DNA of 64,000 nt, taken from contig JAKQOG010000048.1 of the NCBI GenBank assembly GCA_029565395.1, positions 206-64,205 on the forward strand. Direction: 5' to 3'. Of the stretch, positions 26,801 to 36,006 are shown one piece after another. This stretch comes from Candidatus Hydrogenedentota bacterium (lineage in GTDB: Bacteria; Hydrogenedentota; Hydrogenedentia; Hydrogenedentales; CAILVY01). Every line of letters begins with the position of its first letter. The first letter of the stretch is position 1. The notes beneath the pieces are model-generated. The model was given only the letters and a program-made list of their open reading frames with translations. It ran no database searches and was not told where the DNA came from. The position numbers and the translations under genes are program-made.

Positions 26801-28493
26801 TGTTACCGCTGCTGTTGCGGATTAAGATGCCTTCCACGGCATTCCCCGAAATCAGGTTGCCCTCCGTCTCGAACGCCCCTCCAAGGGTATTGCTGCCGGA
26901 TTCTTCCACCATAATTCCATGGCTCGAATTCAAAATCGCGGAGACTCCCGTCATATCCGTCCCGATGGAATTCCCCTGAATCACCGCGCTCATGTCTCCC
27001 CCCGCTCCATACAGATAAATACCTTGATTGGTATTTCCTGAAATAAGATTCCCGTCGTTTTCTCCCGTGCCGCCGATGATAGAGGCTTGCGCATTGTCAA
27101 GGTAAATACCGGCTCCGCCGTTTGGAATAGCAGTGGTCCCGTCAGGATTGGTTCCGATGAGACACCCCCGCACAGTATTGCCCGTCGAGGCGATGTTCTC
27201 TATCCAAACGCCGTTGCCCGTGTTGCCGGAGATGATGTTGCGCAACACTGTCCCATCCACCGCCACCTCCAGAACATTGTTGGAGCCGTTATCGATGTGC
27301 ATGCCTGCGCCGCCATTGGGCACATCCGTGGTTCCATCGGCACTGAGACCGATAATGTTGTTGGTGAAAGTATTCGTCTGAGCGCCCCCGTTGATCAGCA
27401 CGCCGTCTTCAGCATTGCCGGAGATAACGTTGCCTTCCACGCTGGCGCCGCTTGACCCGCTCAGCACCAGGCCGCTCATCGCATTTTCCAGGTCGCCCGT
27501 GGCGTCGGCGCAGTTCCCGATGAGATTGCCGGAAATGGCGGCCCCATCGATGCCACCGAGGATAATCCCATGGCCGAGGTTGCCCACAATAATGTTGTCA
27601 CTGATGGAACAAGATCCTTCTTCTACCGAAACTCCATGGCTGCCATTGCCAAGCGGGCTGCTGCCATTCGCGGTTAATCCAATGTAATTGTTCTGAATGG
27701 TTATATTGGTGCTGGCGGCGCCGGATACGCTTATCCCTTCCATTGTATTGCCGGAAATCACGTTCCCCGCCGCGCTGCTGGTTCCGCCTATCCGGACACT
27801 GGGCGCGTCCGCCAGTTGAACACCTGGGCCACCGTTCGGAACTGCGCTCCCTCCTGTAGCGGTGGCGCCGATATAATTACCGTAGATATTGATGGCGCCC
27901 GTACTGGAGGTGACGTATACCCCAGCGTTCGTATTGCCGCTTATGATATTCCGCTCACTTGAAGTACTCCCCCCTAACGTGGCCCGCCCGCCCGTGATGG
28001 AAACACCCCAGCCATTGGCTATCACAAAACGGCCATCATAGCCGATCAGGCAACCGGTCACCACGTTGTATGATCCGCCGATCACAATACCCGACTTCTG
28101 GAATCCGCCGATAATAAGCCCGTTAATAACATTCGTATTGGAACTTAGGATCAAGCCATGACTGTTGCCGGCGGAGGCGCCATTCAAGGTAATTATCCCT
28201 CCTCCATTTATCGTGGTCCCGCCCGAGGAGTCGTCCAACGCCGGAAGTTCGGAAGTGAGATTGATAATGCGATCTCCCTCTGGAAGATTAAACACGATGG
28301 TATCCGCGCCTGCAAGCAAATTGGCAGATCCAATGCATTTGCGCAGGGTTGGGTTGATAACCCCGTCTCCGGAGTCGGTCACGGTAAATGTGGCCGCCTG
28401 CGCCCAACTCCCCACAAACAACAACAGCATTACACCCGCAACAAATTGTTTTCCCCATCCAAGCCCTTTTCGCCCATTAGCCGCTTTGTTCAT
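23844..28493 (-). CDS. Giant secreted protein 4 (~1549 aa): two tandem NosD-like parallel beta-helix (PbH1) arrays, EG linker, C-terminal dockerin/EF-hand-like Cys module
   Basis: The start is moved to the ATG at 28493 (MNKAANGRKGLGWGKQFVAGVMLLLFVGSWAQAA signal peptide, AAAGGA RBS); the ORF track starts at 28622. There are dozens of GxxISGNTxxGI/V repeats. Each half ends with the related segments DGTAPPYALVDVFVDEADEGRLFIG and DGTSIALATIEAFADDEDEGRIFLG. The C-terminus ends GTEDGFCPGL. Confidence 0.85.
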   Translation of the reverse strand: MNKAANGRKGLGWGKQFVAGVMLLLFVGSWAQAATFTVTDSGDGVINPTLRKCIGSANLLAGADTIVFNLPEGDRIINLTSELPALDDSSGGTTINGGGIITLNGASAGNSHGLILSSNTNVINGLIIGGFQKSGIVIGGSYNVVTGCLIGYDGRFVIANGWGVSITGGRATLGGSTSSERNIISGNTNAGVYVTSSTGAINIYGNYIGATATGGSAVPNGGPGVQLADAPSVRIGGTSSAAGNVISGNTMEGISVSGAASTNITIQNNYIGLTANGSSPLGNGSHGVSVEEGSCSISDNIIVGNLGHGIILGGIDGAAISGNLIGNCADATGDLENAMSGLVLSGSSGASVEGNVISGNAEDGVLINGGAQTNTFTNNIIGLSADGTTDVPNGGAGMHIDNGSNNVLEVAVDGTVLRNIISGNTGNGVWIENIASTGNTVRGCLIGTNPDGTTAIPNGGAGIYLDNAQASIIGGTGENDGNLISGNTNQGIYLYGAGGDMSAVIQGNSIGTDMTGVSAILNSSHGIMVEESGSNTLGGAFETEGNLISGNAVEGILIRNSSGNSVFGNRIGTNREGTASLANGQNGIVVDSGSSGNHIGDGVAGHGNLISGNSEEGIDLVSSSNFLQGNYIGTDISGMLSVPNRSGVAVESGAQMCMIGGTAAGAGNLISGNSNFGIIIFTTDTANNVVKGNKIGCDVSGSNPLPNGSIGVYLTDHASQNVIGGAEDGAANIIAFNGSKGVWVRDGSTGISILRNSIHDNTEEGIVLDPGTNGDIAAPVITTLGSVDGTAPPYALVDVFVDEADEGRLFIGTAIAEDTGDFHVDVDLLPYNGLNVTALATDTTTGCTSAFSAPAAIFFDATITVTDSGDSGPHTLRAAIEQANAMTGENTIVFDLSKTVTITLSSALPALNDSSAPTVINGAGQIVLDGSGLSGSDNGLVLLSDGNEVRGLGIVNFPYAGVNISGNNNTVAECTLGTDGTSSMPNAVGIYVADGSGTIIGGGDGLSGNIISGNSSAGVHVGSSATATEILGNYIGVDATGMAAMGNGYYGVWINGSPGNVIGGESETSGNIIAGNAGGGEILIDGAAGMGNMIYGNYIGLDKDGASALAVQYATGIDVMAPQTQIGGENIGYRNIISGCFYGIRISGVDGHDCAVQGNYIGTDASGMMAIANELAGVSIVEEATNNLIGGGLSWWRNLISGNGSCGVRLMGANVTGNKVQGNWIGPNALGTGAPSGNPQSWGVQAGWHAEDNTIGGTTPGEGNTIAFNYAAGVYLEETVLYVRISGNSIYSNGGLGIELLPGANNNVPAPVITALGSIDGTSIALATIEAFADDEDEGRIFLGAASSDGSGNFHLDVDITPYAGMNITATATASDGNTSVFSAPYPVPGGEEGEGAVEEGETEGVPSEGSPEEGQAEGVEEGEGAPEGEGGEEGIAEGEGGEEGGEEGEGEDGYLTPDQDQDGFINLSELLRVIQFFNSDGFHCEAGTEDGYAPGPGDTSCAPYDSDYNAQDWHISLSELLRVIQFFNSGGYHYCPGEGTEDGFCPGL

Positions 28494-28668
28494 GAAATTG
28501 ATCCTTTCGTTCCCACGCATTAACCCTTGGGATACTCCTCTGCGATGTGATTTTTCTTCCCTGCCCGCCAGATAAACCGCCCTTCCGGCGGACAGGCAGT
28601 TATTGAACTCATAATACTCCATCTTTTCCCCAAAGCGAAATATTTTCTTGCGGCAGAAGAGAGTGTTT

Positions 28669-31341
28669 TTAGGAGCCCGGACAGAACTCGTCTTCCGTTC
28701 CTTCTCCTGGACAATAATGATACCCGCCGGAATTGAAGAACTGGATTACGCGCAGCAATTCGGACAAGCTGATGTGCCAGTCTTGAGCATTGTAATCGCT
28801 ATCATATGGCGCACAACTGGTATCGCCCGGACCGGGGGCATACCCGTCTTCCGTGCCCGCTTCACAATGGAATCCGTCTGAATTGAAGAATTGGATTACA
28901 CGGAGCAGTTCAGAAAGACTGATAAGGCCGTCGCCGTTGGAATCCGCGGAGTGAATGCCACCGTAGACTTCGCCTTCGCTTCCGCCTTCGGCGGAACCTT
29001 CCTCCGGTGAACCTTCGGAGGTCATGCCTTCGGGCATGCCTTCAACCTGACCTTCGGTTTCTCCTTCCACCACCACCCCTTCACCTTCCTCCAGCGATCC
29101 CTCCGAAAGCATGCCTTCGGACTCGCCTTCCACCACACCTTCTTCACCACCCTCACCTTCCTCTTGGCCTTCACTTCCGCCTTCGGCGGAGCCTTCGATC
29201 TGACCTTCAGCTTCTCCCTCTTCTGTGCCTTCTTCAACCCCTTCGCCCTCAAGCTGCCCCTCAATTGCACCCTCTAAAGCTCCTTCGGCAAAACCTTCAC
29301 CTTCAGGTTGCCCTTCGACAACTCCCTCGCCATCAGGCGCTCCCTCTATGATTCCCTCAGGTTGCCCTTCCACTATGCCTTCTATATCACCCTCAAGAAG
29401 ACCTTCTTCGCCTTCCTGACTCATAACAGGCGCCATGCAAAGGCTCATGTCGAAATCAGGAATCTCCTTGTGCCCTCCGTTGACCGGCATATACATGGTT
29501 CCATCGCCAATGGGAGAACCAATCCAATGGAATCGGCAGGAAACATCGATAACACCGAATATTGAAATCCATCCCTCTGTTATAGACAACGGCGGCTCAA
29601 GGACGGCTTCATACCGTATCACGGGAAAGCTGGAAAAAAACTGGCCTGTTTCCATGCGCATCGGCTCTATCTGATAGGCCTGCAGGATCTCTCCGGGCGC
29701 ACCGCTGTCATTTTCATAAAAATCGATGCGGAACGTGTCAGGATCCCGGTCACAAGGCACCGCTTGCATTAGAAATTCATCATACTGAGTGTTAATGCCC
29801 CACCACCGGATTCTTCCAATGGGCGCTGTTAAGCCGGAAAAGGACTCATGGGGCCGATGATAATCATCCCCATTACTCGGAATTTCAAATGCAAAGCGGG
29901 GACTGGCCGGAGGCTGGGAAAAAACAGCGTCGTCTGAGCATTCGTGGTTGTCATTCGGGGCAATCGTCAGAACGGCCTCCCGAGTAGCAAGCGTAGTGCA
30001 GGCATTGGATACGGTGCAGCGGTAGCGGCCTGCGTCGCTTGGGAACACTTGTGCGAGGGAGAGCGCCGGGCTTGTTTCCGCGGATAGAATGGAAAATCCC
30101 ATCCCTCGATCCACTTCCCATAGGTACTGTGCAGGGATATCAGGATCGAGGGCAACGTCAAACTCGACCAGGTCGCCGATAACGGCCTCTTTATCCGCGG
30201 GTTCTGACGCTAGCGTGAAAGGATAGGCGACAGACAGGGTCACAGGACCGGAAAATGTGGTGAAACAACCATTGCCCGCGTAGGTTCGGATCTGGAGCCC
30301 GTCGTGTGTCTCCGGCTGCACGTTCGTGAACGTATAGGTGCGGTTATCCCCGCTATCAATAGTATCCCAAAGTTCGGTAACGGGGTTATAGACTTGCCAA
30401 AAGACCGCTCCGTTCGTCACGTCATATTCGACTGTAAAGGTGACATCTTCTCCGGCGCATGTACTTTCATCGATTAAGGGGATAATCACCTGCGGCGCCA
30501 CCTGAACACCAAAAAAGACTATATCGCTGGTATCGCTCCCGTATGCATTGTGTACAATCGCCCGGTAGTAACCGGAATCGCTTGCCTTGACTGGATCCAA
30601 CACCAGCGGCGTTCCGGACTGACCCGTCACATCATGCCAGCTTGTGGGATCGCCCGGATCTTCAGAATGCTCCCAATACACCGATAAGGGCGCCGCACCC
30701 GCAATGCCCAACGGTACTTCCAGCCGCGCGCCATCGCACACATCCACCACCGTTATTTCAGGTTGCACCGTGATATGCGGGGCGCCAATCGTCTGCGGAT
30801 CGGGCTGCAATGGGGTATAGCCGGTATCATCGGCTACATTATAGGACAGCACGGTGGTTTCATGCCTGATGGTGCAGTTGAAATAATCGAAAGCCAACTG
30901 GTCGGAAACGGACGGATCGATGACATCCCACCGGAACGTGGCAAGGTGATAGTTGCCAGCGGGAAACGTGTGGTATGCCCCCCCCTGATGGAGAATCAAC
31001 ATGGCGGTGTCATTTCCGCCTAAATCCAACTGCACCAGATCATTATAATTTCCAAAGCCGCTTATCGCATAGTAGGCATCCATGGCCTCAAGATAGTGAT
31101 ACGGCGCTGGATTTAGCGCAGTTTCATCCGCCTGCACGGTAATGACACTGGTTCCCACACTCCACCCTGACGCACTGACTCTCGCCCAAAGCTCCGCACG
31201 GTACACACCCTCCTCCATCCAGACATTCCGGAGGGAGAAGGTGACCCGGCTTTCCGCGCCGGCAGGAAGGACGGGTAGAAGACTTAACAAAAAAATGATG
31301 CAAATGATACAGAAATAGTGTTTGCACTGTTTCGCAACCAT
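28669..31341 (-). CDS. Giant secreted protein 5 (~890 aa): Ig-like domains, one WWG/FYENDSG-type domain, long EG-rich linker, C-terminal dockerin/EF-hand-like Cys module
   Basis: The start is chosen at the ATG at 31341, which has a GGAGGG RBS 7 nt upstream; the alternative ATG at 31356 has no RBS. The signal peptide is MVAKQCKHYFCIICIIFLLSLLPVLPAGA. The C-terminal ~90 aa are nearly identical to ORF 4 and end GTEDEFCPGS. Confidence 0.85.
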   Translation of the reverse strand: MVAKQCKHYFCIICIIFLLSLLPVLPAGAESRVTFSLRNVWMEEGVYRAELWARVSASGWSVGTSVITVQADETALNPAPYHYLEAMDAYYAISGFGNYNDLVQLDLGGNDTAMLILHQGGAYHTFPAGNYHLATFRWDVIDPSVSDQLAFDYFNCTIRHETTVLSYNVADDTGYTPLQPDPQTIGAPHITVQPEITVVDVCDGARLEVPLGIAGAAPLSVYWEHSEDPGDPTSWHDVTGQSGTPLVLDPVKASDSGYYRAIVHNAYGSDTSDIVFFGVQVAPQVIIPLIDESTCAGEDVTFTVEYDVTNGAVFWQVYNPVTELWDTIDSGDNRTYTFTNVQPETHDGLQIRTYAGNGCFTTFSGPVTLSVAYPFTLASEPADKEAVIGDLVEFDVALDPDIPAQYLWEVDRGMGFSILSAETSPALSLAQVFPSDAGRYRCTVSNACTTLATREAVLTIAPNDNHECSDDAVFSQPPASPRFAFEIPSNGDDYHRPHESFSGLTAPIGRIRWWGINTQYDEFLMQAVPCDRDPDTFRIDFYENDSGAPGEILQAYQIEPMRMETGQFFSSFPVIRYEAVLEPPLSITEGWISIFGVIDVSCRFHWIGSPIGDGTMYMPVNGGHKEIPDFDMSLCMAPVMSQEGEEGLLEGDIEGIVEGQPEGIIEGAPDGEGVVEGQPEGEGFAEGALEGAIEGQLEGEGVEEGTEEGEAEGQIEGSAEGGSEGQEEGEGGEEGVVEGESEGMLSEGSLEEGEGVVVEGETEGQVEGMPEGMTSEGSPEEGSAEGGSEGEVYGGIHSADSNGDGLISLSELLRVIQFFNSDGFHCEAGTEDGYAPGPGDTSCAPYDSDYNAQDWHISLSELLRVIQFFNSGGYHYCPGEGTEDEFCPGS

Positions 31342-31482
31342 GACCAAACCCTCCATGAGTACCTGTAAATGATATTACTGCGAATTTATATTGAAATCAA
31401 GGGCTTTTTCAGAGAGAAATTGAATGTGCCCTGTGTAGTGGAGTAGTTTGGATGCCTTGACAACAATAGAAGGAGCGGAGCC

Positions 31483-33984
31483 ATGAGAATGCGATGGATC
31501 ATAGCGGGCATGATGGTCTTAGGGAGCCTTACGGCGATGGCAGGGGTAGATGTGGCAAAGATGCAGGATTGGACGATTGTCTGTGCGCCTGATGCTTCGC
31601 CCAGTGAAAAATACGCAGCGGAAGAATTTCAGAAGTTGTTCAAGGAGGCATCGGGATTTGAATTGCCCATCAAGGATAGCGCGCCAGGCAGATGGCACAA
31701 TATATTCATTGGGCCGGGCGCGGTAGCGAAAGCAGGCCGTTTGGCCTTTGATATTGCGGCTATGGGTGAAGAGGGCTTGCGGATACGGATCGGAAATTAT
31801 AATGTTGCTATTGCGGGTGGACTTCCCCGAGGAACACTCTATGGCGTCTATGAGTTCTTTGATCGTTGCCTCGGCGTGCGCTTTCTCACGGCGGACCACA
31901 CGTATTTCCCTGAAAAGACCAAACTCGCCGCGTTGAAAAAAGAGGACTATTCCTACATCCCCACCTTTTCTTTCCGGTGGCCGTATTATTGGGAAAACAG
32001 CAATAATCCTGGATTCGCCGCCAAACTTCATGTAAATACGGTATCGGATGACGAAAAACTCGGCGGGAAAACCCATCAAAACCTCATCAATCATTCCTTG
32101 TATCAATGGGTTAATCCTAGCTTGTATGGCCAGTCGCATCCAGAGTATTTTGCGCTGGTGGATGGAAAGCGAAAGCTTGAGGTGGGCGGCGGCGGCCCCG
32201 AACCGTGTGTGACGAATCCGGAGGTGATCGAGATCGTCGCGGACGGCGTGAATAAGGTTCTGGACGCCAACCCGAAACTGCAAAACATCAGTGTGAGCCA
32301 AAATGACAACGATGTATATTGCCGCTGCCCGAAATGCGAGGAAATCACTCAGCGTGAAGGCACGCCCATGGGCCCCCACCTCGCCATGGTGAATGCCGTG
32401 GCCGAGCGGGTGGAGAAAAAACATCCGAACGTCAAAATCGGCACGCTCGCGTATTGGTATACCCGCAAGCCGCCGAAAACCATCGCCCCGCGCGCAAATA
32501 TGCAAATTCAACTTTGCAGCATCGAATGCTGCACCTTCCATGCCCTCGATGATCCTGCCTGCCCTCTCAACCAGAAATTCTGCTCGGATCTCCAAGGCTG
32601 GAAAGCCATGTGCAAGGACATCTGGATCTGGAATTACAATACGAATTTCAGTTGTTACGATTTACCGTTCCCGAATCTCCGCAGCATCGGAGCAAACGTG
32701 CGGTTTTTCCTGAATAACAACGTTAAAGGCGTGTTCATGCAGGCTAACGGCAATGGCAGCAGCGGCGAAATGTCCGAATTGCGCAATTATGTAATCGCCC
32801 GCTGCCTGTGGCATCCCGGCCAGGAGAGCTGGCCGCTGGTGGAGGAATTTTGCCGCCTCCACTACGCGGAATCGGCCCAGCCCATCCTCGATTACCTCAC
32901 CATGCTCCATGACAACACTGCCGGAAAAGGAAAACATCCCAATTGCTTCCCCAACGCCGATGCCATCGGTTTAGACCCGGATATCGCGCGAAAGGCCTTT
33001 GACTACTTTGAACAGGCCCATGCGCTTGCAAAGAGCGATGCGGTGCGGGCGCGCGTGGAGAAGGCCTCGGTCTGCGCTTACAAGGCGATGATCGTGGCGG
33101 GCGGCGGGCAATGGGCCTATGAAAACGGCGAATGCCGCCGCACCTGGAACGAACCCCGCTTCAATCAACTGGTGGATCGCTACATCGCGCTCTGCCAGCA
33201 ATACAACGTGAGCATGGAGAATGAAGGGCGGCCGATGGCGGATTACATCGCACAGTTGAAACGGCAAAATGCCTTGAAGGCTCTGCGGATCGAAAATGAC
33301 ATATGGCGTTTGACCGTGCTGCCGGAGGAAAACGGGAAACTGGTCGAAATGCTCCACAAACCCACCAATCGCAACCTGCTCAAAGCCATGACCCATAACG
33401 ACATTCTGAGAGGCACGATCGAAGACATCGGATTGAAAGGGTACGATCAAACCAAGCCTCTGGCTTTTGCCGCAGAAGTAAAAGGAACTTCCATCCAATT
33501 GACGAAGAAATTAGAAGACGGAAGCACGCTGGAGCATACCATTGCACTCAAGGCCAGCCGTCCGGATGTGGTCTTTTGCGAATCTGTCTTAACCCATCAG
33601 GGCAAAGAGCCCAAAGCCTATCAACTCAAGGCGCACCCGGAATTTGATCCTCTCTCCAAATCGGACAATTGCGACGTGGTCAGCGCGTACATCAAGGATG
33701 CCGCCTGGACCAAAATTAACCGTGAATGGAAAATGGAAACGGGACCGGACGTTGAAATTCTGAACAAGGCCAAGGGCGGGGCGTTCGCCTTTTTCAGTCA
33801 TGAGGCAAACTTCGGCGTGCAAGTCTCTTATGATCCCAAACAATACGAACGCCCCTACCTCTGGTGGCATCCCCCATTTTCCCAGATTAACCTGGAATTA
33901 TTCTCTCAGGAAAAAACGTTGAAGCCCGGCCAATCCTTGCACTTCGCCTATCAATTCTCCTATCTGGCGGAACCGCCGAAATAG
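31483..33984 (+). CDS. DUF4838-domain protein (secreted)
   Basis: The signal peptide is MRMRWIIAGMMVLGSLTAMAG. The N-terminal segment IVCAPDASPSEKYAAEEFQKLFKEASGFELPI is typical of DUF4838 proteins. The RBS is GGAG. Confidence 0.55.
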   Translation: MRMRWIIAGMMVLGSLTAMAGVDVAKMQDWTIVCAPDASPSEKYAAEEFQKLFKEASGFELPIKDSAPGRWHNIFIGPGAVAKAGRLAFDIAAMGEEGLRIRIGNYNVAIAGGLPRGTLYGVYEFFDRCLGVRFLTADHTYFPEKTKLAALKKEDYSYIPTFSFRWPYYWENSNNPGFAAKLHVNTVSDDEKLGGKTHQNLINHSLYQWVNPSLYGQSHPEYFALVDGKRKLEVGGGGPEPCVTNPEVIEIVADGVNKVLDANPKLQNISVSQNDNDVYCRCPKCEEITQREGTPMGPHLAMVNAVAERVEKKHPNVKIGTLAYWYTRKPPKTIAPRANMQIQLCSIECCTFHALDDPACPLNQKFCSDLQGWKAMCKDIWIWNYNTNFSCYDLPFPNLRSIGANVRFFLNNNVKGVFMQANGNGSSGEMSELRNYVIARCLWHPGQESWPLVEEFCRLHYAESAQPILDYLTMLHDNTAGKGKHPNCFPNADAIGLDPDIARKAFDYFEQAHALAKSDAVRARVEKASVCAYKAMIVAGGGQWAYENGECRRTWNEPRFNQLVDRYIALCQQYNVSMENEGRPMADYIAQLKRQNALKALRIENDIWRLTVLPEENGKLVEMLHKPTNRNLLKAMTHNDILRGTIEDIGLKGYDQTKPLAFAAEVKGTSIQLTKKLEDGSTLEHTIALKASRPDVVFCESVLTHQGKEPKAYQLKAHPEFDPLSKSDNCDVVSAYIKDAAWTKINREWKMETGPDVEILNKAKGGAFAFFSHEANFGVQVSYDPKQYERPYLWWHPPFSQINLELFSQEKTLKPGQSLHFAYQFSYLAEPPK

Positions 33985-33988
33985 TCGG

Positions 33989-35320
33989 TCAGGACACTTC
34001 GTCTGAAATGGCGTAGAGCTTTGCCCGGTGCATTTTGATATGAAGCAGACATGGCGCTGAACCCGCCGCCTGGAAAAATTCCGGTGGCAATGGAGCACGT
34101 TCTGAATTGACGCCCTCCAACCGGCAAGGTGATGCGCCGGGTATGGGTGCATTTTCGGCATTGCGCAGTTCCACTTCGAGCCAGCCCGCTTGTGCGTCCA
34201 CATTCAACGATATAGGCTTGGGTGGTGGCGCGAAGGGCTGGGTGGTAAATTCGCCTTCTTCCGACGCCACTACCGCCGTCAATCCTTCCCGGCGATACGA
34301 GACAAGGTACATTCCGGCGTCTTTGCCCGCCACGAAACACCATTTGCCCGCGTGCATGAAAGGATCGGCATACGTCCAGAAGCCGAGATCCACAGGGCGA
34401 AAAGGCCGCTCCCAGTGCCGCGCATCCCGGCTCACTACCAGTTCCGTCTTGAGCAGGCCGCTGTGCTGATTGGGGCGGTTGGGGTCGCCATAGTATTTCA
34501 TGATCAATCCCGCGTAGCCGTATCCATATGCAAACACCTTCATTAAATAGAACTCTGTTTCCGGCGCATCCTCCGCATCTGGGCGCAACAACGCTGCTTG
34601 GGGAGACCATTGGATAGCGTCCGTCGACTTCCGCAAGGTGATTACCCGGCGCTTCTTGTCCAGATTATCCGCATAGGGTTTCTCCGGCCAGTCCTCCAGT
34701 GCCGTCTGATACACGAAGTATTCCCCGTCTTTTTTAATGAGCGTAAAGGCGTCATTATGCTCCGTAAATACTGTGCCGCGCGGGTCTTTTTCCCAATGCA
34801 CACCGTCCGGTGATTTCGCCAGCATGGCGCCCGCCTCGCCTTTTTCCGGCTGATCCCAATACAGCATCCGGTATTCCCCGCCCTCGCGTACCAATTGAAA
34901 AACATTAAAGCCGCCCCACGTGGGCGGATACGGCGACCGCCGCATCACCACATTGTTCGGCCCTTTCCAGGCAGGCTCCTCTGGAAACAGGGGGGGCAGG
35001 CTCCAACCTTTCCCCTCCAATTCCCCCAGACAGAGGGTCCGCTGATCGCTATACTCCGCCTCGCCTTTATCTACACGCTGATACCATACACGAATCTTCT
35101 CTCCCTCGGGGAAGGCCGCCACTGGATATGGCCATAGTTTCGGGCGGCTGGAATCCGGGGTGATAAGCACGGACATCGATTCTGGTACTTGCGCTTCGAT
35201 AGTCACCCCCCCCGTTTCCCGAAGGTCCCCTGGACCCAGAAACAACATGGGAAGCGCGCCAGAAGAAAGCGCCAACATAGCGAATGGAACCAGCGGTATC
35301 ATGCCCGGATTTCCTTTCAT
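33989..35320 (-). CDS. Secreted hypothetical protein, possibly a beta-propeller glycoside-hydrolase-like fold
   Basis: There is a signal peptide. The sequence is Trp/Asp-rich with no recognisable catalytic motif. It ends 4 nt from the convergent upstream gene. Confidence 0.5.
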   Translation of the reverse strand: MKGNPGMIPLVPFAMLALSSGALPMLFLGPGDLRETGGVTIEAQVPESMSVLITPDSSRPKLWPYPVAAFPEGEKIRVWYQRVDKGEAEYSDQRTLCLGELEGKGWSLPPLFPEEPAWKGPNNVVMRRSPYPPTWGGFNVFQLVREGGEYRMLYWDQPEKGEAGAMLAKSPDGVHWEKDPRGTVFTEHNDAFTLIKKDGEYFVYQTALEDWPEKPYADNLDKKRRVITLRKSTDAIQWSPQAALLRPDAEDAPETEFYLMKVFAYGYGYAGLIMKYYGDPNRPNQHSGLLKTELVVSRDARHWERPFRPVDLGFWTYADPFMHAGKWCFVAGKDAGMYLVSYRREGLTAVVASEEGEFTTQPFAPPPKPISLNVDAQAGWLEVELRNAENAPIPGASPCRLEGVNSERAPLPPEFFQAAGSAPCLLHIKMHRAKLYAISDEVS

Positions 35321-35473
35321 TTAATAGTGAACCATAGCCTATCGTGGACTCCTTGAGAAGTGCGAAAAGAAGAACCGCTGCCGCCGTGGTTGACATGGCG
35401 CTTCCAGAAACTTACAATATGCACAGGTTGCGGTCCAGGTGCGCCGGTGTGGGCGCAGGGAGAAGATGGATCA

Positions 35474-35929
35474 ATGAAAGCACAGCTTGTGGAACTGGTC
35501 GGCGTGATTTTGCGCCGAATCGAGGAACAGCCCGGCATTCCGCCTTCGGAGAGCCGGATGCGTTCCTGGCTGGTCCGGCAAGGCTATAATAAACGCGATA
35601 TCGACGCCGCCATCAAAATGGTGTGGGAGCGTATCATTAGCGCCAGCCCTGTGACCCGGCGTATCCCGGGGGCCGTCCGGCAGTTGTCAAATTACGAGGC
35701 CCAAAAGCTTTCCCGGGAAGCCCGGGAGGCCTTGGCCCGCTTGGACTTATACGAACTGATGGACCCCATGGAACGGGAAATGCTCCTGGATCGTTTGGGG
35801 CAATTTGAAGGAGAGGTCGGCATGGAAGACCTCGATTACCTCCTCTCGTGGATTCTGTGTTCCACGAGGGATGTCGAGTCACAGCAGACAATTTTTAACG
35901 TATTTGAAGGTAGCCGGACCCTGCATTAG
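35474..35929 (+). CDS. smg: Smg (DUF494) family protein
   Basis: The start is moved to the ATG at 35474; the ORF track starts at 35360. It encodes 151 aa, MKAQLVELVGVILRRIEE...SWLVRQGYNKRDIDAAIKMVWERI. It lies immediately upstream of topA, as in the enterobacterial dprA-smg-topA arrangement. Confidence 0.5.
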   Translation: MKAQLVELVGVILRRIEEQPGIPPSESRMRSWLVRQGYNKRDIDAAIKMVWERIISASPVTRRIPGAVRQLSNYEAQKLSREAREALARLDLYELMDPMEREMLLDRLGQFEGEVGMEDLDYLLSWILCSTRDVESQQTIFNVFEGSRTLH

Positions 35930-35954
35930 GCAGGGTTCTATACGACGGTAACTT

Positions 35955-35978
35955 CGCCCATTCCCACTAGGATGGGCG
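35955..35978 (+). promoter_or_regulatory. Hairpin between smg and topA (attenuator or terminator candidate)
   Basis: Arms cgcccat and atgggcg flank a 10-nt loop, followed by ttattcg. Confidence 0.25.
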
Positions 35979-36006
35979 TTATTCGCGTATAGGGGAGAAC
36001 ATAAAT

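Noticed and set aside
24066-27687. Multiple 60-170-aa plus-strand ORFs inside giant ORF 4
   Set aside because: They are shadow ORFs of the 1549-aa PbH1-repeat gene on the minus strand.
31519-32595. 358-aa minus ORF
   Set aside because: It is antisense to the DUF4838 gene, which has a signal peptide and conserved N-terminal block on the plus strand.
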